From Ginglymostoma cirratum (Eukaryota), in NCBI GenBank assembly GCA_024137785.1, contig JAHRHZ010000115.1:251111-315110 (forward strand): 64,000 bases of DNA, read 5' to 3'. Of the stretch, positions 62,851 to 64,000 are shown piece by piece (position 1 is the stretch's first letter; each line of letters opens with the position of its first letter). The position numbers and the translations under genes are program-made. The notes beneath the pieces were generated by a model that saw nothing but the letters and a program-made list of their open reading frames with translations, did not search any database and was not told where the DNA came from.

Positions 62851-63764
62851 AATCGAAATGTCTTTTGATCACAAAACAGACCACAAGAAGGCCCACAGGA
62901 AATTAGCGGGTGACAATATAATCTGCTGATCATGTTGGTGATGCTCAAATCTCAAGAACAATTTTCAAAGCACATACACATTTGTGTACATGACCATACA
63001 TATAAAAATGAATTAAAAGCATCTACAGAAATGCTAGTTCCTAACATAGCATCTTATTAGATTGAATGCACAGTGTCCATTTCACAACCTGATGTCCCCT
63101 AATACCTACCATCCTTTGACAATTAGAGATTAGGAATTCCTGGTCTTGACTGTGTTCCAAAGGCCTGAGGATTAAACACAGCACTCCTCCTCCATCTCCG
63201 TTCCAGCTCAAACTAATTCATCAAATGCTTTCACAAGAGAACTGGATAAGCACCTGAAGTGTGTTACAGACCCCCACCACCCCCTGGGTGAGTTATTTTC
63301 CCCTCAAATCCCCTCTAAGCCTTTCACATTAAAGTTATGCCCCCTTATTATTGACCCTTCAACTGAGACGATGAAGTTGGTTTTCCTGAGTTAATTATTT
63401 ACTCTGGATTGTTCAGTATCATTTTCATCACCAGCCTAAACCTTCTGACACAATGATTATCATCCCTTAAATACTTAAGCGACACTTCGCCCTGCTCATT
63501 CCCAACAACTAGGTCCAGTCGGGGAAAAACCTCCTTTGGTTACAATGAAAGGGAGGGGAGTGAAACTCACCGATTTGCTCTGATGATGTACGAAATGGTG
63601 TCCTTCTGTTCTGTGATTATTCCATGATTCTGTGAAAAAAGGATGTAAACGAGGACAGGGAGTAATCCCCTCGAATCAAAACTGTCTTAGAGCAATTAAG
63701 AGCTGGTTTGCAGTATCTGTGTTTATGGACTTGGTTCTATGAACCAGCCCTGGAATAAAACTAG

Positions 63765-63872
63765 GAAAATACTGCAGATATTGAACAGCTAAAACAAAAT
63801 AAAAAATGAAAGACTGGAAAGCTCAGTAGCTCAGGAAGTATTCGAATGAAGGCAACACAGAGTTGACATTTG
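63765..63872 (-). mobile_element. Decayed Penelope terminal-repeat fragment
   Basis: aaatactgcagata...ctggaaagctcag...cacagagttgacattt. Confidence 0.5.
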
Positions 63873-64000
63873 AGAATGTGCAGAATGAATAAAGCGAATG
63901 AAAATAGTACAGAATATAATGGTTCACATTAGCTCAGAAGTTGAAGAGAAAGATCACACATTCAGGACCAAGGGAAGATAAAACTGGTGAATCAGCAACA

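Overview
This is cartilaginous-fish (shark) genomic DNA, judged from HE1-type tRNA SINEs, CR1/HER1 LINEs and Penelope-derived palindromes; the repeat variants look carpet-shark-like, which is my inference. The AT-rich left part carries a germline IgNAR-type heavy-chain-only antibody cassette on the minus strand. It runs octamer/TATA promoter (~10818-10849), leader exon (10683-10725), V exon (10272-10543) with a 23-RSS, D1 (9997-10005; 12/22 RSS), D2 (9595-9612; 12/12 RSS), and J (9166-9215) with a 23-RSS and splice donor. I see no constant exon in the remaining 9.1 kb. The cassette is atypical in four ways. It has only two D segments. CDR1 is three residues short and has no Cys. The V has a germline tail (GIYAC) that adds a Cys. 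The D segments encode Cys, and the only stop-free frame of D2 reads RCNCV. Together these predict a VNAR class stabilised only by intra-CDR3 disulfides. The right part (~29-62 kb) holds at least seven decayed C2H2 zinc-finger units with no visible KRAB, several sharing a duplicated cassette architecture, plus two housekeeping-type promoter islands and dense LINE/SINE/Penelope insertions. These include hammerhead-bearing Penelope palindromes with TSDs and a tRNA-headed, ORF1-less LINE with its deletion-derivative SINE. Most short ORFs in the track are repeat-derived noise. Repeat boundaries are approximate, set by eye.
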